Shown: piece after piece, positions 1-8,440 of the stretch
Numbering within the stretch: position 1 is the first letter of the stretch
Layout: each line of letters starts with the position of its first letter
DNA from: an uncultured Eubacteriales bacterium
GTDB lineage: Bacteria > Bacillota > Clostridia > Oscillospirales > CAG-272
DNA: 36,933 nucleotides
Direction: 5' to 3'
NCBI GenBank assembly: GCA_900550625.1
Contig: URSW01000001.1
Span: 1 to 36,933, forward strand
Notes under the pieces: model-generated
Database searches by the model: none
The model's input: only the letters and a program-made list of their open reading frames with translations
What the model was told of the DNA's origin: nothing
Program-made: the position numbers and the translations under genes

Positions 1-843
1 TTTTATATGCTTTGATACAAAAACCGGCTTTGTGAGCAGTGATTCCGCAGGTACATTGCTTTTGTGTATTACCGAATAAAGAAAGTCCTTTTCGTGAAGA
101 ATGCCGAGAACATCGTCGAGAGAATCACCGCACATCGGAAGCCGAGAAAATCCCGATTCCATGAAAATTTCGGCAATTTCATCGGGGGTCATTTCACGAT
201 TGAGCGCGATAACATCGGAGCGCGGCGTCAGAATTTCTCCGGCAGTCACATCGTTGAAGCCGATAGCCGAACGTATAAGCTCGCCTTCGTCGCTGTTGAT
301 TCCGCCGCCCTCTTCGGCTTCGTCTACCATGGTAATTATTTCGTCTTCCGTAACGGTGCTCTCACCGGGAGGATTCGATATTCTGTCAACAAGCTTTTGC
401 CAAAGCCCGAAAATAAACGAAAGAGGATAGAAGAGAAGTATCACCGCTTTGACCGCGTAAACGGTGGACAGCGCAAAGCTTTCCGCAAAGTCCTTTGATA
501 CGGTTTTCGGAGTGATTTCTCCGAAGATAAGAACGATCACCGTAATTATTACGGTGGAAATCGTGGCACCCATGTCCCCGAGGAACTTTATAAACAGCAC
601 CGTGCTTATTGAAGACAGAGAAATATTTACGATGTTGTTTCCGACGAGAACAGAGGTTATCAGTCTGTCGTAATCATCGTAGAGCGATAAAACCATCTGT
701 GCGCGCTTATCTCCGGAAGCGGCAAGGGTTTTCATCTTTGCCTGATTAAATGATAAATATGCGGTTTCTGTTGCCGAAAAAAAGGCAGAGCAGGCAGTAA
801 GCGCGATCATGATAAGTATCATGATTATACTGTCGCCGTCCAT
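1..843 (-). CDS. CNNM / TlyC-CorC hemolysin-family membrane protein (DUF21 transmembrane region plus start of CBS pair). First 281 codons only; the 3' end lies beyond the window
   Basis: Absent from the ORF track because no stop falls inside the window. My reverse-complement translation from ATG at 843-841 reads MDGDSIIMILIMIALTACSAFFSATETAYLSFNQAKMKTLAASGDKRAQMV..VLVGNNIVN..LIFGEITPKTVSK..EDEIITMVDEAEEGGGINSDEGELIRSAIGFNDVTAGEILTPRSDV. This is the typical DUF21 N-terminus (SAFFSATETA) and the linker/CBS entry of this family. The + strand ORFs 64..498 and 101..430 are its shadows. Confidence 0.8.
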   Translation of the reverse strand, partial: MDGDSIIMILIMIALTACSAFFSATETAYLSFNQAKMKTLAASGDKRAQMVLSLYDDYDRLITSVLVGNNIVNISLSSISTVLFIKFLGDMGATISTVIITVIVLIFGEITPKTVSKDFAESFALSTVYAVKAVILLFYPLSFIFGLWQKLVDRISNPPGESTVTEDEIITMVDEAEEGGGINSDEGELIRSAIGFNDVTAGEILTPRSDVIALNREMTPDEIAEIFMESGFSRLPMCGDSLDDVLGILHEKDFLYSVIHKSNVPAESLLTKPVFVSKHIK

Positions 844-931
844 GAAAAATATATCAGTCCTTTCAATTAATTATATAATGTCTAATTATATAATTTTATT
901 GTCCGATTGTCAAGTGATAATTATATATCTT

Positions 932-2029
932 TCATCCTTTGCCGGAAGTTTCGTTACCGCCGTTTCCTTGAGATTTCTTTTCTTCAAAGAATCGCTCGGT
1001 CGTCTCGTATATAAAACGCTCACGCAAAGCGCACATAATTCCGAGTGAGGCAAATGCAGAAGAACTTTTGTCAGGGCAGGCTATTTGGGGAATTATTTTT
1101 TCGCCGATTGCATAATAATCAATGAGCGATGAAACAACCATTTCGCGCAGTCCTGCTGTATGCCTGTGTATTTCCGAATCAAGGATTATTACGTCAGGCG
1201 CATAAAAAAATATTGCGTTCGCACATGCAAAGGCGACGGCATCGGCATATTCTTCGGGCGACTTTGAATGTGCAAGCTGAAAGTCAACGCTTTTTCTACC
1301 GTGGATCCTGACGGAGCCGATATCGGCATATCTGCCGTTTGCGAAATATACGGGGGTCTTGTTTATCAGCGCGGAGGTACGGATTCCTTTATCTGTTAGA
1401 CAAATGTAGATTATGCTGCTTTTGTTTGAATATTTTTTTGAGGACAAGAGATATTTTAGAGTGAGTTCAATCTTGTTTCCTGCAACGATTCTTTTCGGAG
1501 AGAGAATTTCCCAGGCAATATTTACGGCGGTGCCGCGGCTTGAAACCCCGTCTGCAAAATTTACTTCTTCTCCCATGAAGTAATTATCGGGCATTATAAG
1601 TCCGGCTCCTATGCAATATCCCGGAGAGAATTTTTGCTGTACTTTCACCACATCACGAAGATACATCCGCAGATTGTCATCGGAAAAGCGTCGGCTGTCA
1701 TAACTATACGGTATGATCGCCATGCGCTTTTCACGGAGAGAGACTATATCGGTGGTAAAATTTTTCGAATATAAATCAGTGACCAGACAATTGTATCTGG
1801 GATTTATGAGTACACACAGGGAATGGGGACCCGCTCCGGAGCTTTCCGCACGCGTGTGCTCAGCCACGATCCCTTTACAGGCAAGAAAATCCACAATCTT
1901 TCCTGCGGTCACTTTACTCAGGCCGCAGTTTTCCGCTATTTCCTTTCTTGAAAGATTTTCGTTCAGCGCGATGACGGATAACACGCGAAATGCGGTCTCT
2001 TTTTTCACCGGGCAAAAATCGTACAACAT
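932..2029 (-). CDS. ROK-like transcriptional regulator: N-terminal winged HTH plus a sugar-kinase-like domain lacking the ROK zinc motif
   Basis: ORF track 932..2092. It has an HTH segment LSRKEIAENCGLSKVTAGKIVDFLACKGIV followed by an actin-ATPase/ROK-like body (CIGAGLIMPD, RYADIGSVRI). I found no CxCGxxGC zinc motif. The start is moved to ATG 2029 (MLYDFCPVKK) because a TTGATT-17-TATAAT promoter lies inside the longer ORF. Confidence 0.6.
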   Translation of the reverse strand: MLYDFCPVKKETAFRVLSVIALNENLSRKEIAENCGLSKVTAGKIVDFLACKGIVAEHTRAESSGAGPHSLCVLINPRYNCLVTDLYSKNFTTDIVSLREKRMAIIPYSYDSRRFSDDNLRMYLRDVVKVQQKFSPGYCIGAGLIMPDNYFMGEEVNFADGVSSRGTAVNIAWEILSPKRIVAGNKIELTLKYLLSSKKYSNKSSIIYICLTDKGIRTSALINKTPVYFANGRYADIGSVRIHGRKSVDFQLAHSKSPEEYADAVAFACANAIFFYAPDVIILDSEIHRHTAGLREMVVSSLIDYYAIGEKIIPQIACPDKSSSAFASLGIMCALRERFIYETTERFFEEKKSQGNGGNETSGKG

Positions 2030-2063
2030 GTTTTTTCGACGACCTTTCTGCTGCAGTACCCAT

Positions 2064-2092
2064 ATTATACAGTATATGGCACAATAAATCAA
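2064..2092 (-). promoter_or_regulatory. Sigma-A type promoter for the ROK-like regulator
   Basis: On the minus strand: TTGATT (2092-2087), a 17-nt spacer, then TATAAT (2069-2064). Confidence 0.5.
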
Positions 2093-2141
2093 TAGAACGG
2101 CAAATGTAAAAAGCTTTTTTGAAATTTTGTGTCAAAAGGAG

Positions 2142-2170
2142 TTGACAAAACAATTAGGCATATGTATAAT
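2142..2170 (+). promoter_or_regulatory. Consensus sigma-A promoter for the blaI-like operon
   Basis: TTGACA (2142-2147), a 17-nt spacer, then TATAAT (2165-2170), about 70 nt upstream of ATG 2243. It is divergent from the ROK promoter. A 12-bp palindrome AAAAAGCTTTTT (2108-2119) sits between the two promoters. Confidence 0.6.
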
Positions 2171-2242
2171 ATTAAATGTGATGCGTGTTCGTATATATGG
2201 GAGAACCGTTCAAATCACTGAAGAAAGGAAGCAGTTTTTGTT

Positions 2243-2668
2243 ATGGCGACACAGATGAATGTGACTGATCTGAAAACTGAAAACAACGATACTCCTGATT
2301 TTGGAAAGCGTCTTCCCGACGCCGAATTCGAAGTAATGTTGGCTATTTGGAATGCCGTTCCTCCGGTAAATACAGCGTACCTTATGGAGGCCGTCGGCAA
2401 AGGGCGTTCATGGAAGGCTCCAACTCTTATTTCGTTCCTTGTAAGGCTTGAGGACAGAGGATATATTACATCTTTCAAAAAAGGAAAAGAGAGGTATTAT
2501 GAGCCCTCTTCGGACAAGTCCGAGTACATTCGCGCCGCATCCGAGCAGTTTATAAAGCAATACCACGGAGGATCGTTTGTCAGCATGATGGATTCTCTTT
2601 ATAAGGATAAAAAGCTCTCCGAAGAAGATATTGACGAGCTTCTTGAATGGCTGAAATCAAAATATTGA
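2243..2668 (+). CDS. BlaI/MecI/CopY-family winged-helix transcriptional repressor
   Basis: 141 aa. The block DAEFEVMLAIWNAVPPVNTAYLMEAVGKGRSWKAPTLISFLVRLEDRGYITSFKKGKERYYEP, followed by a C-terminal dimerisation helix region, matches the penicillinase-repressor family layout. Confidence 0.85.
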   Translation: MATQMNVTDLKTENNDTPDFGKRLPDAEFEVMLAIWNAVPPVNTAYLMEAVGKGRSWKAPTLISFLVRLEDRGYITSFKKGKERYYEPSSDKSEYIRAASEQFIKQYHGGSFVSMMDSLYKDKKLSEEDIDELLEWLKSKY

Positions 2669-2669
2669 T

Positions 2670-3434
2670 ATGATAGACGGCTATTTGCATGAGAGGTTTG
2701 CCGACGCGATTCGCAGCATCGAAATTGCGGAAAAGGATCACGGCGGCATCGGCACATATAATGAAAAGACGCTCCATGCGGTGCTTAAAAATTTCTTTGA
2801 GCCCGATTCGGCGTACCATGAGATTCCGGTTAATAATTATATTGCCGATATTAAAAATTCCGACGGCATAATCGAAATACAAACTTCCGGCTTCGGCACG
2901 ATCCGTGACAGGTTGGAAGTTTTTCTTTCGCTCTCGGATGTTACGGTTGTTTATCCCATAGCGGCTGTGAAGTCGCTTGTCTGGATCGATCCGGAAACCG
3001 GCGCGGCTGAATCAAAGAGGAAATCTCCGAAAAGGGGAAATGCCGCGCAGATATTGCCCGAGATGTGCCGTCTTTATAAAATCATCAAAAATGAGAGGCT
3101 GCACTTTGTTTGCGCGATGCTTGAGCTTACGGAGTACCGTATACGGGACGGATGGGGAAACGGCGGAAAGCGCGGCTCTCACAGACTTGACAGAATTCCG
3201 ACGGGGATTGTCGATATCGTTGAAATTAGGGCGTCCGGAGACCTTCGGAGATTTGTTCCGGCCGGAGAGTTTACGTCAAAAGATTTTGCGTCATTTTCAG
3301 GCTTCTCTACCAAGTCACGCCGCGATATATCTATGTCGCTCAAGCTTCTTGAATACACGGGCGTAATCGAGAAATGCGGAAAAAAACGTAATGCTATAAT
3401 TTACAGAACCCCTTCGTATTTATCGTCTGAATAA
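2670..3434 (+). CDS. Hypothetical soluble protein with a possible PD-(D/E)xK / CoiA-like nuclease core and a C-terminal winged-helix-like segment
   Basis: 254-aa ORF that starts 1 nt after the blaI-like stop and has no SD of its own, suggesting coupled translation. Motif block KTLHAVLKNFFEPDSAYHEIPVNNYIADIKNSDGIIEIQTSGF (D ... E-x-Q). C-terminal segment RRDISMSLKLLEYTGVIEKCGKKRNAIIYR. No TM segments. I am confident it is coding; the function call is low confidence. Confidence 0.6.
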   Translation: MIDGYLHERFADAIRSIEIAEKDHGGIGTYNEKTLHAVLKNFFEPDSAYHEIPVNNYIADIKNSDGIIEIQTSGFGTIRDRLEVFLSLSDVTVVYPIAAVKSLVWIDPETGAAESKRKSPKRGNAAQILPEMCRLYKIIKNERLHFVCAMLELTEYRIRDGWGNGGKRGSHRLDRIPTGIVDIVEIRASGDLRRFVPAGEFTSKDFASFSGFSTKSRRDISMSLKLLEYTGVIEKCGKKRNAIIYRTPSYLSSE

Positions 3435-3538
3435 ATTCATCGAGCCAAAATCAGGCTTGAAAACATCCGAAAAATGCGTAACTGCCGATCTTCCGAAAAT
3501 CAGATAAAATAAATGAGTGCAAAGGAGAAAACGGTTAT

Positions 3539-4195
3539 GAGCTGGAGTATACAGTCAAGGGGATCGGAAAATTAAGTCTCAAACCGGATCAAACGGTAAT
3601 ATCGCTGACACTCAGGTCGTTCGATAAGATTTACGATAAATCCATGGACGATGCGGCAGAGCACTTGGACCGACTTAGAGCGGCTCTTGTCGGGGTCGGC
3701 TTTGCAAAGGATGATCTGAAAACCGAAGATTTCAATGTGGGCACGGAATATGAGAGCCGTCAGGATAGAAACTGTAGCTACAAGCGTGTGTTTGTCGGCT
3801 ATGTTGTGACGCACAGTCTGAGAATAAAATTCGATTTCGATACACGGCTTCTCTCAAAATCTCTCGGCGCAATCACTGCCTGTTTTGCAGAACCCGAACT
3901 GAGCGTACGATTTACCGTGAAGGATAAAGATGCGGTGAGCACCGCACTTTTGGAGAGCGCCTGCGTCAATGCAAAAGCGAAAGCGGAAATTTTAGCGAGG
4001 GCTTCAAGCGTAACACTCGGCAGTCTCGTATCAATCGATTATAGTTGGGGCGAGCTTCATTTGTATTCACCCACACATTATGAGATAGAGGAGCGCTGTA
4101 TTCCGATGCCATGCGCCGCAGACCACGATATTGAAATCGAACCGGATGATATCGATGTGAGCGACAGCGTAACCTTTGTGTGGGAGATTGAGTAA
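3539..4195 (+). CDS. SIMPL / DUF541-family protein (no signal peptide); start codon unresolved, with an apparent 1-nt frameshift at the initiation codon
   Basis: The ORF track gives only 3644..4195. The same frame is open from 3482 and reads ELEYTVKGIGKLSLKPDQTVISLTLRS, a typical SIMPL N-terminus, from 3539. This stretch contains no in-frame ATG/GTG/TTG. A strong SD AAAGGAG (3521-3527) and an ATG (3537-3539) are present but sit one base out of frame. Confidence 0.7.
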   Translation, partial: ELEYTVKGIGKLSLKPDQTVISLTLRSFDKIYDKSMDDAAEHLDRLRAALVGVGFAKDDLKTEDFNVGTEYESRQDRNCSYKRVFVGYVVTHSLRIKFDFDTRLLSKSLGAITACFAEPELSVRFTVKDKDAVSTALLESACVNAKAKAEILARASSVTLGSLVSIDYSWGELHLYSPTHYEIEERCIPMPCAADHDIEIEPDDIDVSDSVTFVWEIE

Positions 4196-4253
4196 GGCAG
4201 AAGAACGGAAAGACATGTTTAAAAGGTGACGTATACAGCAAGAACTGAATTAC

Positions 4254-4293
4254 ATAAAAAACAGCGATCGAAAAAATCGAACGCTGATTTTTA
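4254..4293. terminator. Bidirectional rho-independent terminator between the convergent SIMPL gene and asnS
   Basis: Stem CAGCGATCGA (4262-4271) pairs with TCGAACGCTG (4277-4286) with one A-A mismatch. It is flanked by an A-run upstream and ATTTTTA downstream. Confidence 0.6.
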
Positions 4294-4332
4294 TATGCTG
4301 TCGGTTTATATTTTGAGCAGAGATCTCTTGAT

Positions 4333-5724
4333 TTAAAGCTCGCAGTTTCCGACTGTGCGCGGGAAGGGAATTACATCGCGGATGTTTGAAACACCGGTAA
4401 GATACATTACGCAACGCTCAAATCCGAGACCGAATCCGCTGTGACGGACGGAACCGTATTTGCGGAGGTCAAGATAAAAGCCGTAATCTTCTTTTTTGAG
4501 TCCGAGCTCATCCATGCGCTGAGTGAGCTTTCCGAGATCGTCTTCTCTTTGGCTTCCTCCGATGATCTCGCCGATTCCGGGAACGAGGCAGTCCATAGCT
4601 GCTACGGTCTTTTTGTCGGAATTCTGCTTCATATAGAAAGCCTTAATTTCTGCGGGATAATCGGTAACGAATACGGGACGGCGGAATATTTCTTCGGTGA
4701 GATATCTTTCATGCTCGGTCTGAAGGTCGCATCCCCAGAATACCTTGTATCCGAATTTGTCATTGTTCTTTTCAAGGAGATCGATCGCATCGGTGTATGT
4801 GACATGTCCGAATTCGGAGGAGACAACGCTGTTGAGACGCTCGACAAGCCCCTTATCAACAAAGCTGTTGAAGAATTCCATTTCTTCGGGGGCGTTTTCC
4901 ATAACATAGTTGATTATATATTTGAGCATGTCTTCCGCGATTTCCATGTTGTCGTTGAGATCAGCGAAAGCCATCTCGGGCTCGATCATCCAAAATTCTG
5001 CAGCATGGCGTGTCGTATTGGAATTCTCGGCGCGGAACGTCGGACCGAAGGTATAGATGTTGCGGAATGCCATCGCGTATGTCTCACCGTTCAGCTGACC
5101 GCTGACGGTAAGATTTGCGGATTTTCCGAAGAAGTCCTTTGTGAAGTCAACTGAACCGTCGCCTTTTTTCGGTACGTTATTGAGATCGAGCGTTGTTACG
5201 CGGAACATCTCCCCGGCGCCTTCACAGTCGCTTCCGGTAATGATCGGGGTGTGTACATACACGAAATCACGCTCCTGAAAGAATTTATGAATCGCATATG
5301 CCGCAAGGGAGCGTACACGGAACACAGCCTGAAACAGATTTGTGCGGGGGCGAAGGTGAGCAATCGTCCTGAGATACTCGGGAGAATGACGCTTTTTCTG
5401 AAGAGGATAATCGGGAGTGGAAGCGCCTTCGACTTCGACGGAAGATGCATGAATTTCAAACGGCTGAGGAGCATCCGGAGTTTCAACGAGTTTTCCGGTA
5501 ACGATGAGTGACGAGCCGACGTTGAGTTTTGATATATCGTCAAAGTTTCCGAGCTTTTCGTCGTATACTATCTGAAGAGTTTTGAAGAACGAGCCGTCGC
5601 CGAGGACGATGAATCCGAAGGCTTTTGATGCGCGTATCGAACGCACCCAACCGCCTACGGTGATTTCCTTGTCGGCAAAATCGGCGGTGCTGCGGTATAA
5701 TTCCCGTACTGTTGTAAGTTCCAT
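4333..5724 (-). CDS. asnS: Asparagine--tRNA ligase
   Basis: 463 aa. N-terminal OB-fold anticodon-binding domain ([25 protein letters not shown]). Class II motifs FRAE and [14 protein letters not shown], and a length typical of AsnRS. Confidence 0.93.
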   Translation of the reverse strand: MELTTVRELYRSTADFADKEITVGGWVRSIRASKAFGFIVLGDGSFFKTLQIVYDEKLGNFDDISKLNVGSSLIVTGKLVETPDAPQPFEIHASSVEVEGASTPDYPLQKKRHSPEYLRTIAHLRPRTNLFQAVFRVRSLAAYAIHKFFQERDFVYVHTPIITGSDCEGAGEMFRVTTLDLNNVPKKGDGSVDFTKDFFGKSANLTVSGQLNGETYAMAFRNIYTFGPTFRAENSNTTRHAAEFWMIEPEMAFADLNDNMEIAEDMLKYIINYVMENAPEEMEFFNSFVDKGLVERLNSVVSSEFGHVTYTDAIDLLEKNNDKFGYKVFWGCDLQTEHERYLTEEIFRRPVFVTDYPAEIKAFYMKQNSDKKTVAAMDCLVPGIGEIIGGSQREDDLGKLTQRMDELGLKKEDYGFYLDLRKYGSVRHSGFGLGFERCVMYLTGVSNIRDVIPFPRTVGNCEL

Positions 5725-5747
5725 ATTATATTAATCCTTTCATTGGT

Positions 5748-7031
5748 TTAGTCAACAAAATCAAATTCGAGTCCGTACATCCGAACGGTATCGCCCTCAC
5801 GGCACCCTTTTTCGCGGAGCTTGTCTATTATTCCGAAATTGCGGAGAGAGCGGTCAAAGTACATAAGCGATTCGCGGTCATCGAAATTAACGCGGTTAAC
5901 AAGCTTTTCAAGCCACTCGCCTTCGCATACATAGGCTCCGTCGTCGTCGCGCGTTACGTTTACGCCTTCGGCGGAGATCGCCGTTTCGTCGATTTCCCCG
6001 AGAGTGACTTCCGGTTCGTATCTTACCGTCGGCGGAAGCTCGGAGAGCTTTTGGTCAATAAGCTTTACAAGCTCGCTAAGCCCCATTCCCGTATAAGCGG
6101 AAATGAACACAACGGGATATCCGCGCGTTTCCGCGGCTTCGAGAAGGTCTGTGATTTCAGTGGTATTGAGATTCGGAAGAGTATCGCATTTGTTTGCAGC
6201 GATTATTCTCGGGCGCGAGGCAAGCTCGGCGGAATAGTTTTCAAGTTCCTTCGATATTACGAGAAAATCTTCGACGGGATCGTTTCCTTCTATCCCGGAA
6301 ACATCGATTACCTGAACGATAAGACGGCATCTTTCGATATGTCTGAGAAACTCATGTCCGAGCCCCGCTCCGTCGGCAGCCCCTTCGATAAGTCCCGGAA
6401 TGTCTGCCATGACAAAGCCGCGTTCCTCTCCCGTGGAGACAACACCGAGGTTAGGCTCAAGTGTGGTAAAATGGTAATCCGCAATTTTCGGACGCGCATT
6501 CGATATTGCTGCGAGAAGCGAGGATTTTCCGACGGAGGGAAGCCCCGCAAGTCCGACATCTGCGATCATCTTCAGCTCGAGCTCGATCTCGGCTTCCTCA
6601 CCGGGGAGACCGTTTTTGGCGAATCTCGGAGCCTGGCGCGTAGGTGTTGCAAAATGACGGTTTCCCCAGCCTCCGCGACCTCCGCGGCACATTATGAAAT
6701 CCTCGCCGTCGGACATATCGTGTATGACAAGTCCTTCCGTCGAACGGATGATCGTTCCGCAGGGAACGGGGATTATAACATCGGCGCCGTTTGCACCGTG
6801 AAATTTTGATCCCGATCCGTTTCCGCCGTTCTGCGCGACGAATTTTCTTTTGTGTCTGAATGTCAGGAGTGTGTTGCATCCCTTATCGACACGGAAAACA
6901 ATATTTCCGCCGTTTCCTCCGTCTCCGCCGTCCGGTCCGCCGTGGGAAACATATTTTTCGCGTCGGAAGGAAACCGCGCCGTTTCCGCCGTCTCCGGCTT
7001 TAACATATATCTTGGTTCTGTCAATAAACAA
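5748..7031 (-). CDS. obg: GTPase Obg/CgtA
   Basis: 427 aa. Gly-rich Obg fold (MFIDRTKIYVKAGDGGNGAVSFRREKY..GGPDGGDGGNGG). G motifs GLPSVGKSSL, DIPGLIEGA and NKCD. C-terminal OCT/TGS-like domain. The start is a TTG at 7031-7029, which reproduces the canonical MF(I/V)D N-terminus. Confidence 0.93.
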   Translation of the reverse strand: MFIDRTKIYVKAGDGGNGAVSFRREKYVSHGGPDGGDGGNGGNIVFRVDKGCNTLLTFRHKRKFVAQNGGNGSGSKFHGANGADVIIPVPCGTIIRSTEGLVIHDMSDGEDFIMCRGGRGGWGNRHFATPTRQAPRFAKNGLPGEEAEIELELKMIADVGLAGLPSVGKSSLLAAISNARPKIADYHFTTLEPNLGVVSTGEERGFVMADIPGLIEGAADGAGLGHEFLRHIERCRLIVQVIDVSGIEGNDPVEDFLVISKELENYSAELASRPRIIAANKCDTLPNLNTTEITDLLEAAETRGYPVVFISAYTGMGLSELVKLIDQKLSELPPTVRYEPEVTLGEIDETAISAEGVNVTRDDDGAYVCEGEWLEKLVNRVNFDDRESLMYFDRSLRNFGIIDKLREKGCREGDTVRMYGLEFDFVD

Positions 7032-7082
7032 TGTGGCGACCTCTTTTTCTTTCGTCGTATTTTATTTAACGGAAAAGGGGGA

Positions 7083-8273
7083 TTACTTTATCATTTCTTT
7101 TGCGGTCTGAGCAAGAAGCTTGACACCGCGAACGATATCTTCGTCGGAAGGAGTGGAATAATTCATTCTGAACGACTGCGAAGGCATTGACGTATCGCAG
7201 TTGAAGGTCTCGCCGGGAACGACCGCCACTTTATGTTCTATGGCTTTTTTTACGAATTCGGGCTCGTTTACGGAGTCGGGAAGTGTTCCCCATATGAAAA
7301 GTCCTCCCTCGGGTCTTGTGTATGTGACCTCGTTCGGCATGTTTTCATCAAGCGTTTTGAGCATGAGATCGCATTTTGCGCGGTAAAGATTACGTATTTC
7401 ATTTATATGAGCGTCGAGATCGTATTCCGAAATATACTTGTGGCACATCATCTGGAAGAAAATATTCGTGTGAACATCCTCGCTTTGCTTTGCGACAACC
7501 ATTTTCTGAATTATCTCAATCGGAGCGGTGACGTATCCCACACGCATTCCCGAAGAGAGTATCTTTGAGAATGAGGACGAATATATCACAAGTCCTTCGG
7601 AATCCATGGATTTGAATGTGGGTATTTCTTCACCCGAGAAGCGGAGCTCGCCGTAGGGGTTGTCCTCGAATATTATGATATTGTGCTTTTTTGCAACCTC
7701 GTAAATCGCAAGGCGCTTTTCGAGAGAGGTGGTGATTCCGGCGGGATTCTGGAATGTCGGAATGAGGTAGAGCATTTTTGCGTCGGGCGTTTCGGAAATG
7801 AGACGGTCGAGCTTTTCGGGATCGATTCCGTCGATTTCAAGCTCGATACCAACCGTTCTTGCACCGCAAGAGCGGAAAGCGTTCAGAGCGCCGATGAATG
7901 AGGGATTCTCACATATGACAGCATCGCCTTCATTGCACAGCGCTTTGCAGGCAAGTTCGATCCCCTGCTGACCGCCGGAGGTAATGATTGTGTTATTCAC
8001 ATCTGCGTCTATGCTGAATTTTTTATTGAGACGTGCAACCACATCCTCCCTCAGCGGAACATAGCCTTCGGTAATGCTGTATTGAAGCGCCGTCGTTGAA
8101 TCATTGGCAAAAATATCGGCGGATATTTTTGAAAGAGCTTCCACGGGGAAAGAAAGAGGGGAAGGGTTTCCCGCTGCGAAGCTTATTATCGTGGGATCGG
8201 TAAGGCTTTTGAAAATTTCGCGTATTGCAGAGGGCTTCAAAGAAGCAAGTTTGTCGGAAAATTTATACTCCAT
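7083..8273 (-). CDS. PLP-dependent aminotransferase, class I/II fold (2-aminoadipate/aromatic aminotransferase-like)
   Basis: 396 aa. N-terminus LKPSAIREIFK..ISFAAGNPSP. The SFSKILSSGMRVGY block carries the Schiff-base lysine context (SxSK). Substrate not assignable. Confidence 0.8.
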   Translation of the reverse strand: MEYKFSDKLASLKPSAIREIFKSLTDPTIISFAAGNPSPLSFPVEALSKISADIFANDSTTALQYSITEGYVPLREDVVARLNKKFSIDADVNNTIITSGGQQGIELACKALCNEGDAVICENPSFIGALNAFRSCGARTVGIELEIDGIDPEKLDRLISETPDAKMLYLIPTFQNPAGITTSLEKRLAIYEVAKKHNIIIFEDNPYGELRFSGEEIPTFKSMDSEGLVIYSSSFSKILSSGMRVGYVTAPIEIIQKMVVAKQSEDVHTNIFFQMMCHKYISEYDLDAHINEIRNLYRAKCDLMLKTLDENMPNEVTYTRPEGGLFIWGTLPDSVNEPEFVKKAIEHKVAVVPGETFNCDTSMPSQSFRMNYSTPSDEDIVRGVKLLAQTAKEMIK

Positions 8274-8379
8274 AAGGCAAAATCCTTTCGTTTTTTCTTC
8301 ATTCCATATATTTTACCATAACGGTTTCGGCTTTTCAAGCCTTTTTAAATGACAAGAAGAAAAAAGCTCGTAAAATCCA

Positions 8380-8408
8380 TTGAAATCCTCATTCTTCGGT
8401 GGTATAAT
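8380..8408 (+). promoter_or_regulatory. Sigma-A promoter (extended -10) for the MATE / C_GCAxxG_C_C operon
   Basis: TTGAAA (8380-8385), a 17-nt spacer ending in TGg, then TATAAT (8403-8408). Confidence 0.55.
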
Positions 8409-8440
8409 AGCGGAGATGTCGAAAAAAGAGGATGCCGAAA

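Noticed and set aside
4441-5154. Long ORFs antisense to or overlapping recognised genes: 64..498, 4441..5154, 6051..6809, 8558..9238, 9736..10317, 12049..12999, 15270..15959, 18299..19012, 20362..20967, 22478..23338, 26758..27921, 27533..28276 and 33822..34385.
   Set aside because: Each lies entirely within a gene on the opposite strand or in another frame that has clear family motifs (asnS, obg, MATE, aminotransferase, ffh, pckG, galE, secA and others). Their translations are low-complexity or Arg/Ser/Cys-rich with no motifs, so they are shadow ORFs.
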